DNA of 64,000 bases from an uncultured delta proteobacterium (GCA_963789395.1 CAWBKP010000013.1:186495-250494); one strand, 5' to 3'; shown: positions 49,291-62,355, counted from the stretch's first letter. Translations and numbers: made by a program. Notes: generated by a model not told the origin, from the letters alone.

Positions 49291-49409
49291 TTATTTACGG
49301 TTCCGGTCGAACAGGCCATGACCAATTTCAAGCAGCATCGGGTATCGGATGCATCAAAGGAAGGGCCCGGGGCTTTTCCCGGCCTTTCCTTTGGAAAGGA
49401 AAACACTTC

Positions 49410-50783
49410 ATGACCCCATCATTCATAAAAGAACTGCGGACCATCGTCGGCGAACCGTACACCCTGTCCGACCGGGAATCGCTGGCGGTCTACGGCTATG
49501 ACGCGACCCCGGAGCTGGAGAGCCGTCCGGGCGTAGTACTGATGCCGGGGACGGCCGATGAAATCGCCCGGATCATGCGTCTGTGCCACGGGGCCGGGGT
49601 ATGCGTCACGCCCCGTGGTTCCGGCACCGGCCTGTCGGGGGGGGCGATCGCAGGCGGCGAAGGCGTCGTGATTCAGACCAGCCGCCTGAACCGGATCATC
49701 GAGGTTGATGCGGAAAACCTGACCGCCACGGTGGAACCGGGGGTGATCACCAGCGCCCTGCACCGCGAGGTAGAGGGGCTCGGCCTGTTCTATCCGCCGG
49801 ATCCGGGCAGCATGAACATCTCCACCATGGGGGGCAACGTGGCCGAGAATTCGGGCGGCCTGCGCGGCCTGAAATACGGGGTTACAGCCAATTACGTCAT
49901 GGGCCTGGAGACGATTCTTGCAGACGGAAGCCTGCTGCGCACCGGCGGCAAGGTCGTAAAGGATGTCGCCGGCTACTGCCTCAATCCGCTGCTGGTATCC
50001 TCCGAAGGGACCCTGGGATTTTTCACCGGCATTACCGTCAAGCTGATTCCCAAGCCGCAGGTCAAGACCACCATGCTGGCCCACTTTCCGGAAATGCGTC
50101 AGGCGGCGTTGACCGTCTCGGCCATCATCGCGGCCAAAGTGATTCCGGCCACCCTGGAATTTCTGGACAAGGTCACCATCAAATGCGTTGAGGAATACGC
50201 CCATGTCGGACTGCCGCTGGATGTGGATGCCGTACTGCTGATCGAAGTGGACGGTCACCCGGTGGTGGTTGCGGAAGAGGCCGCCAGCGTGGAGGCGATC
50301 TGCCGAAAACACGGCTGTTCATTTTTTCAGACCGCAAGAGACGCCGACGAAGCGCTCAAGCTGGCCACCGCCCGTCGCACCGCACTCTCCGCCCTGGCGC
50401 GCCTGAAGCCGACCACCATACTGGAGGACGCCACCGTGCCGCGTAGCCGCATCGCCGACATGCTGAAGGTTATTCAGGATGCCGCCAAAAAACACCATAT
50501 CACCATCGGCACATTCGGCCATGCCGGCGACGGCAACCTGCACCCCACCTGCCTGACCGACGAGCGGGACAGGGACGAGATCGCCCGCGCCCACAAGGCC
50601 TTTGATGAGATCTTTGACGCCGCCATAGCGATGGGCGGCACCATCACCGGAGAGCATGGCGTGGGGCTGGCCAAGAAGAAATACCTGCCAAGGCTGGTCG
50701 GTGAATCGGGTATCCGGGTGATGCGGGGCATCAAACAGGCGTTTGATCCCAAGGGAATACTGAATCCGGGGAAAATATTTTAA
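49410..50783 (+). CDS. glcD: FAD-linked glycolate/D-lactate dehydrogenase subunit
   Basis: PRGSGTGLSGG, YPPDPGS, KYGVT, GHAGDGNLHP, GEHGVG. Confidence 0.92.
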   Translation: MTPSFIKELRTIVGEPYTLSDRESLAVYGYDATPELESRPGVVLMPGTADEIARIMRLCHGAGVCVTPRGSGTGLSGGAIAGGEGVVIQTSRLNRIIEVDAENLTATVEPGVITSALHREVEGLGLFYPPDPGSMNISTMGGNVAENSGGLRGLKYGVTANYVMGLETILADGSLLRTGGKVVKDVAGYCLNPLLVSSEGTLGFFTGITVKLIPKPQVKTTMLAHFPEMRQAALTVSAIIAAKVIPATLEFLDKVTIKCVEEYAHVGLPLDVDAVLLIEVDGHPVVVAEEAASVEAICRKHGCSFFQTARDADEALKLATARRTALSALARLKPTTILEDATVPRSRIADMLKVIQDAAKKHHITIGTFGHAGDGNLHPTCLTDERDRDEIARAHKAFDEIFDAAIAMGGTITGEHGVGLAKKKYLPRLVGESGIRVMRGIKQAFDPKGILNPGKIF

Positions 50784-50844
50784 GGTTGGAATCACGGCCT
50801 GAAATACCCTGAACTTTAGCCTCCGCCTGAATCTGAGGGTTACT

Positions 50845-52083
50845 ATGGACTATGTCAAACTGATAAACTGTATGCGCTGCGGCATGTGTCTTCCGTCCTG
50901 CCCCACCTATAAGGAGACGTTTCTTGAAACCGCATCTCCCCGCGGCCGGGTGGCGCTGGTGCGCAAAATCCAGGAAGGCGAGCTGAATCAGTCGGAGCGC
51001 CTCCTGGAATATCTTTCGCTCTGTCTGGACTGCCAGGCCTGTGCCACGGCCTGTCCCTGCGGCGTCAACGCCGGAGAACTGGTGGCCGAATTTACCTGTG
51101 AGCGCAAAGCGGGAAACCGGCTCGGCTTTATGGAGGATCTTGTCCTGCGCAAACTGCTGCCCCATCCGGACCGGCTGGAAACATCCGTGGCGCCGATGCG
51201 CCTCTACCAGCGCACCGGCCTGCAAAAGCTGGTCAGAACGCTTGGCGTTCTCAAGATGTTCCCAAAACCGCTGGAGCGGATGGAAGGGCTGTTGCCGGAT
51301 CTGCCCGAAAGGCCGCTGCGCCGGGTCATCAAATCGGACATGCCTGCCCTGGGTGAGGCGCGGGGTACGATCGGATTCTTTCTGGGATGCGTCATGAGTT
51401 TGATCTTCAGCGATGCCAGCCGCGCCACGATGAAACTGCTGTCGTCGCTCGGGTACCGGGTCATTACCCCCAGAAACCAGGTCTGCTGCGGTGCACCCAA
51501 CATGCTGGCCGGTGATCTGGCGGGCTTGAACACGGCTGCCCGAAAAAATGTGGATGTCTTCGGCGGTCTGGATCTGGACTTTATCGTCACGGACTGCGGC
51601 GGCTGCGGGGCCGAACTGAAAAAATACGGCCACCATCTGGATGATGCGTCATCGATCGCATTCAGCGGCAAGGTGCGGGACATCTCGCAGGTTCTGGCGA
51701 TGCATGCCGATGCGCTGAAATTGCTCCTCAAGCCGCTTCCGCTGAAAGTAACCTACCATGACTCCTGTCACATCGCTCACAGTCAGGGGATCCGCAGGGA
51801 GCCGCGCGACCTGCTGAGACTGGTGCCGGGTTTGGAGTACATGGAACTGGAGAATGCCGACGCCTGCTGCGGCAGCGGCGGCACCTACAATATTGAAAAA
51901 CCGGAAATGGCCGACCTTATCCTGCATCGCAAGCTCGATACCATCCGGGCTTCAGGGGCGGACGTGGTGGTTACCAGTAACCCCGGATGCATGCTGCAGT
52001 TGAAAAAGGGCCTGATGGACCATTTGCCGCAGGTCAAAATCATCCACTTGACCGAGTTGCTGGCACGGAGTATCGAGGCCTGA
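50845..52083 (+). CDS. glcF: Glycolate/D-lactate dehydrogenase Fe-S (CCG) subunit
   Basis: CMRCGMCLPSCP, SPRGR, CLDCQACATACP, CCGA, YHDSCH, CCGSGG, NPGC. Confidence 0.9.
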   Translation: MDYVKLINCMRCGMCLPSCPTYKETFLETASPRGRVALVRKIQEGELNQSERLLEYLSLCLDCQACATACPCGVNAGELVAEFTCERKAGNRLGFMEDLVLRKLLPHPDRLETSVAPMRLYQRTGLQKLVRTLGVLKMFPKPLERMEGLLPDLPERPLRRVIKSDMPALGEARGTIGFFLGCVMSLIFSDASRATMKLLSSLGYRVITPRNQVCCGAPNMLAGDLAGLNTAARKNVDVFGGLDLDFIVTDCGGCGAELKKYGHHLDDASSIAFSGKVRDISQVLAMHADALKLLLKPLPLKVTYHDSCHIAHSQGIRREPRDLLRLVPGLEYMELENADACCGSGGTYNIEKPEMADLILHRKLDTIRASGADVVVTSNPGCMLQLKKGLMDHLPQVKIIHLTELLARSIEA

Positions 52084-52165
52084 AAATCGTATCCGTTGCA
52101 GTGCGGCAAGAAACAATATAATAGAACGGGATTTACGATAACCTTTATATGACGAGTCGTGCCCC

Positions 52166-52891
52166 ATGAAATTTCAACCCATAAAACCGAAGAAGGTATC
52201 CGCCCAGATTGCGGATCAGATCCGCGCCTCGATTCTGAGCGGGGACTTCTCTCCCGGCGACAAACTGCCTCCGGAGCGCGAACTGGCCGAGCTGTTCGGC
52301 GTCTCCCGCCCCTCCGTGCGCGAGGCGCTGAATGTTCTGGCATCTGCCGGGCTGGTCAAATCCAATCAGGGAGGCGGTACGGTTGTCCTGTCGCTGGTGG
52401 AAATCACCTCCGCCAACCCGCTCAGCGGACTGATCCGCATGCAGCAGGATCGGGCGCTGGATGTGATCGAGGTCCGCAAATGCATGGAGTCATGGACGGC
52501 TTATTATGCGGCCCAGCGGGCGCTGCCCGAGGATATCCGCCGCATGGGAACGATTATTGCCGGCATGGAGCGAAATCTGGAGGGACTGCACCCATCCGAG
52601 GACCTGGACGCCAACTTCCATATCATTATCGCCCGCGCCACCCATAACATCGTCTGGCTTCACCTGATGCAGAATATTTTTGACGCCATGAAGGAATTCC
52701 AGCAGTCGGTCTGGCGGGCGGTTTATATCACCGATGATGACCACCACATGCTCTGCCGGCATCACCGAAGCATTTTTGAAGCGATCGCGGCCGGAGATGC
52801 GCAAGCCGCCCGCGATGCAATGATGGCGCACCTCACCTTTGCCGAGCAGCGCAGCATTGCCTTTATCAGCCAGAGCATCTCTCAGGAATGA
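52166..52891 (+). CDS. FadR-subfamily GntR regulator (LldR/PdhR-like)
   Basis: GDKLPPERELAELFGVSRPSVREAL; DANFH..IARATHN. Confidence 0.92.
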   Translation: MKFQPIKPKKVSAQIADQIRASILSGDFSPGDKLPPERELAELFGVSRPSVREALNVLASAGLVKSNQGGGTVVLSLVEITSANPLSGLIRMQQDRALDVIEVRKCMESWTAYYAAQRALPEDIRRMGTIIAGMERNLEGLHPSEDLDANFHIIIARATHNIVWLHLMQNIFDAMKEFQQSVWRAVYITDDDHHMLCRHHRSIFEAIAAGDAQAARDAMMAHLTFAEQRSIAFISQSISQE

Positions 52892-53021
52892 CGGTGTTTG
52901 CACTTTTTCACGCCTGGAGGCGGTCCGTCTGATCATGAATGGTTACCCGTTCATCCCGATTGATTCGATTCATCTTGCGCCGGGCAGTTAAAATGAGAAA
53001 AACCAGTTACGGAGATAAGTT

Positions 53022-53579
53022 ATGGAGCATCATGAGCTGATTCACCGCATGAAAGAAAAGGCCGGGCTGGTTCAGGCCCTGGTTTCAACGGCCGGCGGCA
53101 TGGAAGATGTGCTGCGTTATGCCGTCGATGTCACCCTTAAGCAGAACGGTAAAACCATTGCCGCGCCAGGCCTGGATTTGGAGAGCCGCCAAAAGCTTGA
53201 AGCGATTTGCGGCCCATCCGGATTGACGGTTCTGGATCCACCGCTGAGAGCCCATCAAAGCCGGATCCATACGGCACTGACCGGCGCGGACTGGGCCATT
53301 GCCGAAACCGGCACCCTGGTTCTGGATTCCGGTTCCGAAGACCTGCGAATCGCCTCCATGCTCAGCGAAACCCATATCGCCTGGGTTCCGGCGTCCCGGA
53401 TTGTTCCCGATGCCGCGGCCCTTTCCGCCTATCTGGTCGAGAGGATGAAATCCCCGCCGGGATATATGTCCTTTATCACCGGCGCCAGCCGGACCGCCGA
53501 CATCGAGCGGGTGCTGGCCATCGGTGTTCACGGACCCCAGGAGCTTCACATTCTTATTATGGAGGAAAATCCGTCATGA
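53022..53579 (+). CDS. lutC: Lactate utilisation protein LutC/LldG (LUD domain)
   Basis: AIAETGTL, FITGASRTADIERVLAIGVHGP. Confidence 0.9.
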   Translation: MEHHELIHRMKEKAGLVQALVSTAGGMEDVLRYAVDVTLKQNGKTIAAPGLDLESRQKLEAICGPSGLTVLDPPLRAHQSRIHTALTGADWAIAETGTLVLDSGSEDLRIASMLSETHIAWVPASRIVPDAAALSAYLVERMKSPPGYMSFITGASRTADIERVLAIGVHGPQELHILIMEENPS

Positions 53580-55744
53580 TTCAGACCGCCCAGGATATGA
53601 AAACCTATAAGGACCGGATCAAAGCCGCCCTGGGGAACCAGTTTCTGAGAAAGGCCCTGGACAATTTCGCTTCCGCCTACAAGGTGTCCCGCGCCAAGGC
53701 ATTTGAGGGAGTCGATCTGGATACCTTGAAAGATCAGATCGCGGAAGGCAAGGACCAGGCCCTGACGCAGCTGGAGAGCCTGTTTCACCAGTTCAAGGCA
53801 AGGGCTGAGGCTGCGGGCGCCATCGTCCATCTGGCGGCAACCGCCCGGGAAGCCAATGAAATCATTGCAAAAATCGCCAGGGACAACGGCGTAAAAACCA
53901 TTGTCAAATCCAAATCCATGACCGCCGAAGAAACCCATTTAAACGATCATCTGGAGGCCGGCGGTTTCAAGGTGACCGAAACCGATCTCGGGGAATGGAT
54001 CATTCAACTGCGGCACGAAGGCCCTTCCCACATGGTCATGCCGGCCATTCACCTTTCCCGTCAGCAGGTGGGAACCCTTTTCGGTGATGTCACGAAAACG
54101 CCCGTGGATCTGGAAGACATCGACCGCATGGTCAAGGTGGCCCGGAAAGAGCTTCGTCCGGCCTTTCTGGAAGCGGACATGGGCATCAGCGGCGCCAATA
54201 TGGCCATTGCCGAAACCGGGACATTGGGAATCATCAGCAACGAAGGAAACGCCAGGCTGACCACCACGCTCCCCCGGGTTCATGTGGCCCTGGTGGGGCT
54301 GGAAAAGCTGGTTCCGGACCTTTCGGCCGCCCTTCGCATCGTCAAGGTCCTGCCCAAAAACGCAACCGGCCAGGCCCTGACCTCTTATGTCACCTGGATT
54401 ACCGGGGCGGTGGCATGCGCGGCGTCCGCCACGGGGAAAAAAATCCTTCACATCGTGTTTCTGGATAACGGCCGCCTGGAGCTGGCCAGAGACCCGGTCT
54501 TTTCAGAGGCCCTTCGCTGCATTCGCTGCGGGGCCTGCTCCAATGTCTGTCCGGTTTACGGCAAAGTCGGGGGCCATACCCTGGGCCATGTCTATATCGG
54601 GGCGATCGGCCTGATCCTGACCTATTTTTACCACGGCAAGGACAATGCCCGGGCTATTGTCCGGAACTGCCTGAACTGCCAGGCCTGCAAATCCGTATGC
54701 CCGGTCAACATTGATCTGCCGTATCTCATCAAGAAAGTGTACGGCAATATCCTGAAAGATGAAGGCACAAAGCCCGCCAAAAACACCGTCCTGTCCGCGG
54801 TCATGAAAAACCGCAGGCTCTTTCATACACTGCTCAAAATGGCATCCACCCTGCAAAAACCCCTGGTTCAAAAAGACGCCGGGGTCCTGCGGCACCTGCC
54901 CTTTGTTTTTGGAAAGGCCCACGATTTTCGGACCCTTCCGGCGCTTGCGGAAAAGCCGTTCCGGGACCAGTGGCCGAAAATCCGCCCGCAGATCCAAAAT
55001 CCCGGGTACCGGGTGGCGCTTTTCGGGGGGTGCGTCGTGGATTTCGTGTCTCCGGAGCAGGCCCTTTCCCTGGTCCGGCTGCTGTCCGCCCACAACGTCC
55101 AGATGGAGTACCCCATGGGGCAGAGCTGCTGCGGCCTTCCGGCCATGATGATGGCCGAGGAGCAAACCGCAGCCGAGGTGGCTGTCCAAAACCTGGAAGC
55201 CATGGATCCCCGAAGCTATGACTACATTCTTGTGCTGTGCGCCTCCTGCGGATCGCATATGAAGGAAGGATATGCCCGGCTTCTGGCAGACAAGCCGGAA
55301 ACGGCCGAAAAATTGCGGGTCCTTCATGATAAATTGATTGATTTTAGCTCGTTTATGGTCAATATTTTAAAAGTTGCGCCAGGGGATTTTCTTCAGAATC
55401 AAACGCGGGTAGCCTATCATTCCCCCTGCCATCTGTGCCGGGGTCTTGGTGTGACCCGGGAGCCGCGTGCGCTGCTCCAGACGGCAGGTCTGGATTATGC
55501 GTCCTGCAAAGATGAAGACGTCTGCTGCGGATTCGGGGGGTCCTACTCGCTGGAATTTCCCGAGATATCATCCGAGATCCTGCGCCAGAAACTGGATCAT
55601 GTTGAAAATACCGGCGCCGATGTTCTGGTAACCGACTGTCCGGGCTGCGTGCTGCAGCTTCGCGGGGGAATGGATAAACGAAACAGCCGGATTCAGGTCA
55701 GGCATATCGCGGAAGTTGTGGCCGACAACCTGAAGAACCCCTGA
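53576..55744 (+). CDS. L-lactate dehydrogenase large subunit (LutB LUD/4Fe-4S fused to LutA CCG domains; LldH type)
   Basis: KSKSMTAEE, ETDLGEWIIQL...PSHMVMPAIH, CIRCGACSNVCP, CCG, HSPCH, CCGFGG, DCPGC; ATGA overlap with lutC sets start at 53576. Confidence 0.9.
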   Translation: MIQTAQDMKTYKDRIKAALGNQFLRKALDNFASAYKVSRAKAFEGVDLDTLKDQIAEGKDQALTQLESLFHQFKARAEAAGAIVHLAATAREANEIIAKIARDNGVKTIVKSKSMTAEETHLNDHLEAGGFKVTETDLGEWIIQLRHEGPSHMVMPAIHLSRQQVGTLFGDVTKTPVDLEDIDRMVKVARKELRPAFLEADMGISGANMAIAETGTLGIISNEGNARLTTTLPRVHVALVGLEKLVPDLSAALRIVKVLPKNATGQALTSYVTWITGAVACAASATGKKILHIVFLDNGRLELARDPVFSEALRCIRCGACSNVCPVYGKVGGHTLGHVYIGAIGLILTYFYHGKDNARAIVRNCLNCQACKSVCPVNIDLPYLIKKVYGNILKDEGTKPAKNTVLSAVMKNRRLFHTLLKMASTLQKPLVQKDAGVLRHLPFVFGKAHDFRTLPALAEKPFRDQWPKIRPQIQNPGYRVALFGGCVVDFVSPEQALSLVRLLSAHNVQMEYPMGQSCCGLPAMMMAEEQTAAEVAVQNLEAMDPRSYDYILVLCASCGSHMKEGYARLLADKPETAEKLRVLHDKLIDFSSFMVNILKVAPGDFLQNQTRVAYHSPCHLCRGLGVTREPRALLQTAGLDYASCKDEDVCCGFGGSYSLEFPEISSEILRQKLDHVENTGADVLVTDCPGCVLQLRGGMDKRNSRIQVRHIAEVVADNLKNP

Positions 55745-55854
55745 GATGCCTGTCTCTTTGTAAGATCAAGCAACGAATGTAAAGCGCTGTGACTTCTTTC
55801 CCAAGGGGGAAGGATGATTTTTCTAAACACTGCAACATCCCAGAAGGAGCTACC

Positions 55855-56349
55855 ATGATTCCGGAAATCAAAACAATTCTGTATACGACGGATATGTCTG
55901 AAAATGCCCGATTCGCCTTTGGGTATGCGGTCAGCCTGGCCAACCGGTATAATGCCAAGATCGTTGTACTTCATGTCATCGAAGATATTTCCAGTCAAAT
56001 GAACGCGCAGGTTGCGGATCTGCTGGGGGTGGAAAAATGGCAGGAACTCCAGCAGGCCCGGAAAACGGAAGTGGTGGAAACCCTGGTCCGGAAGCTGGAA
56101 GCGTTCTGTGCGCAAACAGCGGCAGCTGATCAGGCCTGCCCTTTTACGGTGACGGACATCAAGACAAGAAGCGGCCATCCGGTGGAAGAAATCATTGCGG
56201 AATCCCTTGCTTCGGATTATGATGTCATCGTCATGGGTACGCACGGTCACGGCATTCTGGCCGGCGCCATGATGGGCAGCACAGCCATGCGGGTGGTCCG
56301 CAGAAGTCATGTGCCGGTCATGGTGATTCGGCTGCCAAAGACCGCTTGA
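55855..56349 (+). CDS. Universal stress protein
   Basis: ILYTTDMS, LHVIE, IVMGTHG...MGSTAMRVVR...PVMVI. Confidence 0.92.
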   Translation: MIPEIKTILYTTDMSENARFAFGYAVSLANRYNAKIVVLHVIEDISSQMNAQVADLLGVEKWQELQQARKTEVVETLVRKLEAFCAQTAAADQACPFTVTDIKTRSGHPVEEIIAESLASDYDVIVMGTHGHGILAGAMMGSTAMRVVRRSHVPVMVIRLPKTA

Positions 56350-56436
56350 TTCCTCTATGGGACTGAGGACGCTAAGCGGTGCAATTCTAAAAATTGCAGG
56401 CCGAATCCGTTTGGTAACAAAGAGGGGGGATCAGTC

Positions 56437-56661
56437 ATGTTTTCAGGCCTTTTTTCGCCGATGCATCTCATCGTCATACTGGTAATCGTCCTGATTATTT
56501 TTGGGCCCGGGAAACTTCCGGAATTGGGGAATTCCTTGGGAAAATCCATAAAGAATTTCAAGAAGGCGATGGATGATCCTGACGGAAAAATCGATGCGGA
56601 ATCCGGAGTAAAAAAAGTAGAGACAGAACCGGATATAAAAAAAATCGATGAAAGTTCATAA
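56437..56661 (+). CDS. tatA: Twin-arginine translocase TatA/E subunit
   Basis: [26 protein letters not shown]. Confidence 0.92.
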   Translation: MFSGLFSPMHLIVILVIVLIIFGPGKLPELGNSLGKSIKNFKKAMDDPDGKIDAESGVKKVETEPDIKKIDESS

Positions 56662-56697
56662 CGATGATGCGGTAAAATCATAATTCCGCACAGGGAA

Positions 56698-57540
56698 TCA
56701 TGACTGCTGATTCCGGGCAGGTGCTTGTTTAATCAGAACCAGCCCTGCCCACCTGCTTTCAATTTTCTCCCACCGGCATTCCAGATTCAGCCCGGCATAG
56801 ACGGACGTAATCTCCTTGGCTTCTTCTTCGCGAAGGCCGGAAAGGATTGCCGCGCCATTTTCTGGAATATGCGATGCGATGTACGCACTTAACCGTGCCA
56901 GTGTCGGATACCGGAGATTGGCGGCGATCAGATGAAACTGTCCGGTAATTTCCTCAACCGGTACATCCAGGACCGTAAACCGCTGCGAGAGGCCGTTGAT
57001 GCGGGCGTTTTCTCCGGCTTCGGCGATGGCACAGGGGTCCATGTCCGTTCCTATTGCCTGATGAATGCCCATTTTTAACGCACAGATCGCCAGAACCCCG
57101 GAGCCCGTGCCGATGTCCAGCAGGGTCGCAGCAGGGATGCCGTTGCAGATTCGAAGCGTTGTTAACGCATATTCAATGCCCTGAACGGCCAGGCGGGTGG
57201 TGGGGTGCTGGCCGCAGCCAAAGGATGCTCCCGGCCGAAGCATCACGGCGATATCGGATCCGTCAATCACCGGATGATATTCCGGCGGGGTCAGTACAAC
57301 CCGCGAGCCTACCCGAACCGGCCTGCTAAAGGATTTTTCGATAAACGTGCATCCGTAGAGATAGGTATAGGCCAGTTCCCCTTCTGCAATCAGCGCCTTT
57401 AGTGCGGCCTGGAATTCCCGCCGCCCGACAGAAATCCGCGTTACGATTTTTTTTTCAAGATCGCGGGAAGTGATTTTATTCGCGTGATCTTCAATTGTCC
57501 GGAGAATGTGATGTTGAATGGATTCTTTATATAGGGTCAT
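56698..57540 (-). CDS. prmA: Ribosomal protein L11 methyltransferase-like protein with atypical N-terminus
   Basis: PGASFGCGQHPTT, LDIGTGSGVLAI, ANL, ILSGL. Confidence 0.8.
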   Translation of the reverse strand: MTLYKESIQHHILRTIEDHANKITSRDLEKKIVTRISVGRREFQAALKALIAEGELAYTYLYGCTFIEKSFSRPVRVGSRVVLTPPEYHPVIDGSDIAVMLRPGASFGCGQHPTTRLAVQGIEYALTTLRICNGIPAATLLDIGTGSGVLAICALKMGIHQAIGTDMDPCAIAEAGENARINGLSQRFTVLDVPVEEITGQFHLIAANLRYPTLARLSAYIASHIPENGAAILSGLREEEAKEITSVYAGLNLECRWEKIESRWAGLVLIKQAPARNQQS

Positions 57541-57726
57541 GTCCGAAGCCGTTTGTCCTGACCTGCCTTTTTCAGGCAAGGGGTTAGAAGCGCATTCAAG
57601 ATAGATGTTTCAAGTGGTAAAGTCAACTTTTTGCCGAACTCACTTGGCTTTCATCAGATAAAGGCGTTGATGTCCGTTTATCAAAATCTTGGTCTTCGTT
57701 CAGGCACTATTTACCAAAAAGGGAAT

Positions 57727-58051
57727 TACTATGATCCGTTGAAAAAATCCATCGGCATATCGGCTCAGCCAAGGGCCATGTTCCGGGCTGCCGGGGGCTG
57801 TCTTCCCCGGGAAATGCCTGGCCCGATGCATGCTGCGGCATGGGAGGCAGTTTTAATTTGCAGTATTATGAACTTTCCGCTAAAATCGGCGCAAAAAAGC
57901 GGGATCAGATTGTTTCCACCCAGGCTTCCGTGCTGGCCACCGGATGCCCTGCCTGCATGATGCAGATATCCGATACGCTGTCCCGTGCGGAGACTCGGTG
58001 GCAGTAAAACATTTTATTGAAATTTACGCTGGATCCATGCAGAAGGCATGA
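57727..58051 (+). pseudogene. Decayed C-terminal fragment of a GlcF-like CCG Fe-S protein
   Basis: Across frames: YYDP(CH missing)LKKSIGISAQPR.../PDACCGMGGSFNL...ATGCPACMMQISD.../VKHFIEIYA; two frameshifts and no 5' part. Confidence 0.75.
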
Positions 58052-58072
58052 CATCATCCATAGGGGGGTGCT

Positions 58073-58777
58073 TTGGATCATCAGGTTTATCTGGAAACCG
58101 AATTCTTGCATTTCGGCCTGCTGGAAAAGGCCAGGGAAATTCTGGCCGAATTAGGGGAAAAAGCGGCGCTGTCCTATATCAAGTCCAGTTATCACCTGCT
58201 CAGCAAGGTATACCACCCGGACCTGAACCCGGAAAACTCCAATCGGGCCCATCGGGAAATGAAACGGCTCAACCGGCTGAGTGATGTCATCAGCCAGTTA
58301 AATGATCCGGAAATCATTGAGGTGATTCAATCCGGCATGCTGTCTACAGCCGATGACCGGCGCCGGATACTTGTTGTTGAAGACGAACCGGATCTGCTGG
58401 AGCTTTATCACGGGGTTCTGGAAGCCGAAGGATACCGGGTCATGACCGCAGCCAACGGCATGGAAGGCCTTGCGGTGTTCAGGCGGTTTCATCCGGATCT
58501 GGTGTTTACCGACATTATCATGCCGAAAACCAATGGGATTGAGATGGTTCAGGTCATCCGCAGAGAAAAACCTGAAACGAAAATCGTTTATATCACCGGA
58601 TTTTTGGGCGTTGAGGCGCTCCGGGACAAAATCAGCGATGAGTTAAAGCGCTTTGGCTACCGTCTCATTTCCAAGCCTTTTAAAATCAGCCGCATGCTGG
58701 ATGAAATCGATGAATATCTGATGGGTTCGGCATCCGAATCCCAGTTTGTCAAGGGGCTGCGATCGGTAGGCATGTAA
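58073..58777 (+). CDS. Response-regulator receiver domain with N-terminal DnaJ/J-domain-like segment
   Basis: IKSSYHLLSKVYHPDLNP...MKRLN; ILVVEDE, FTDIIMPKTNG, ITG, KPF. Confidence 0.8.
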   Translation: MDHQVYLETEFLHFGLLEKAREILAELGEKAALSYIKSSYHLLSKVYHPDLNPENSNRAHREMKRLNRLSDVISQLNDPEIIEVIQSGMLSTADDRRRILVVEDEPDLLELYHGVLEAEGYRVMTAANGMEGLAVFRRFHPDLVFTDIIMPKTNGIEMVQVIRREKPETKIVYITGFLGVEALRDKISDELKRFGYRLISKPFKISRMLDEIDEYLMGSASESQFVKGLRSVGM

Positions 58778-58823
58778 TTCCGGTTCGCCTTTAAACCGAC
58801 ACCTTTGTCCGCTTTGCCGCATC

Positions 58824-59231
58824 CTATTTCTTTTCCATGCCTGTTTTAAGCTTTTTTTCCAGTTCCGCAAACATCTGCTTTTTCTTTTCAGCCTGAGCAG
58901 CCTGGAAGCTTTCGATTTTTTGAGTCAATCCTTTCCGGGCAATCTGAAAATTCTTCAGTTCCTTGTCCAGAAGGGTTTCAGAAATACCTCGGGGGATTTC
59001 TTCGATTCGGGTGTGATCCCTTACAGCCATGCGAATGCCCTGCGGACTCTCGACCGCTTCGAGGATGCCGTTTTCCTCAAATTTCCGGCAAAAAAATCCG
59101 CCTTCTTCAACGGAAATGCCCAGAAGCCGACAGACGGCTTCAATGGACGGCGGGCTGTGATGCTGGTATTCCAGAATTCGAATTGCCGCAACCATCAAAT
59201 GCGCTTTTTGATACAGATCCAAGTCTTTCAT
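58824..59231 (-). CDS. Hypothetical protein (possible winged helix + coiled coil)
   Basis: MKDLDLYQKAH...PPSIEAVCRLLGIS...; Lys/Glu-rich C-terminus. Confidence 0.6.
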   Translation of the reverse strand: MKDLDLYQKAHLMVAAIRILEYQHHSPPSIEAVCRLLGISVEEGGFFCRKFEENGILEAVESPQGIRMAVRDHTRIEEIPRGISETLLDKELKNFQIARKGLTQKIESFQAAQAEKKKQMFAELEKKLKTGMEKK

Positions 59232-59379
59232 AGCATTTCCCGATCGTTTGAAACCACATCCTGTTTCTTTGAATTCGCCGGCCGAATGATGCCACGGCGT
59301 CTTGACATCTAACCAGAACAAGAGTAACAAATGTTTTATATTGAATCGAATCGGATCATATCATATAGATATCCAATAG

Positions 59380-60672
<1,293 letters not shown>

Positions 60673-60682
60673 GAAAGGCTGA

Positions 60683-62335
<1,653 letters not shown>

Positions 62336-62355
62336 TTTTCAAGGAGAGACCCAGT

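Noticed and set aside
53207..53575. 123-aa N-terminal extension of the 845-aa ORF
   Set aside because: Overlaps lutC in another frame; RBS and ATGA coupling place the start at 53576
56350..56405. Two small hairpins with GACGCTAAGC upstream of tatA, loosely like a c-di-GMP-I riboswitch
   Set aside because: Lacks the GCAAA/GNRA-tetraloop arm; an Infernal scan would be needed and I expect no hit
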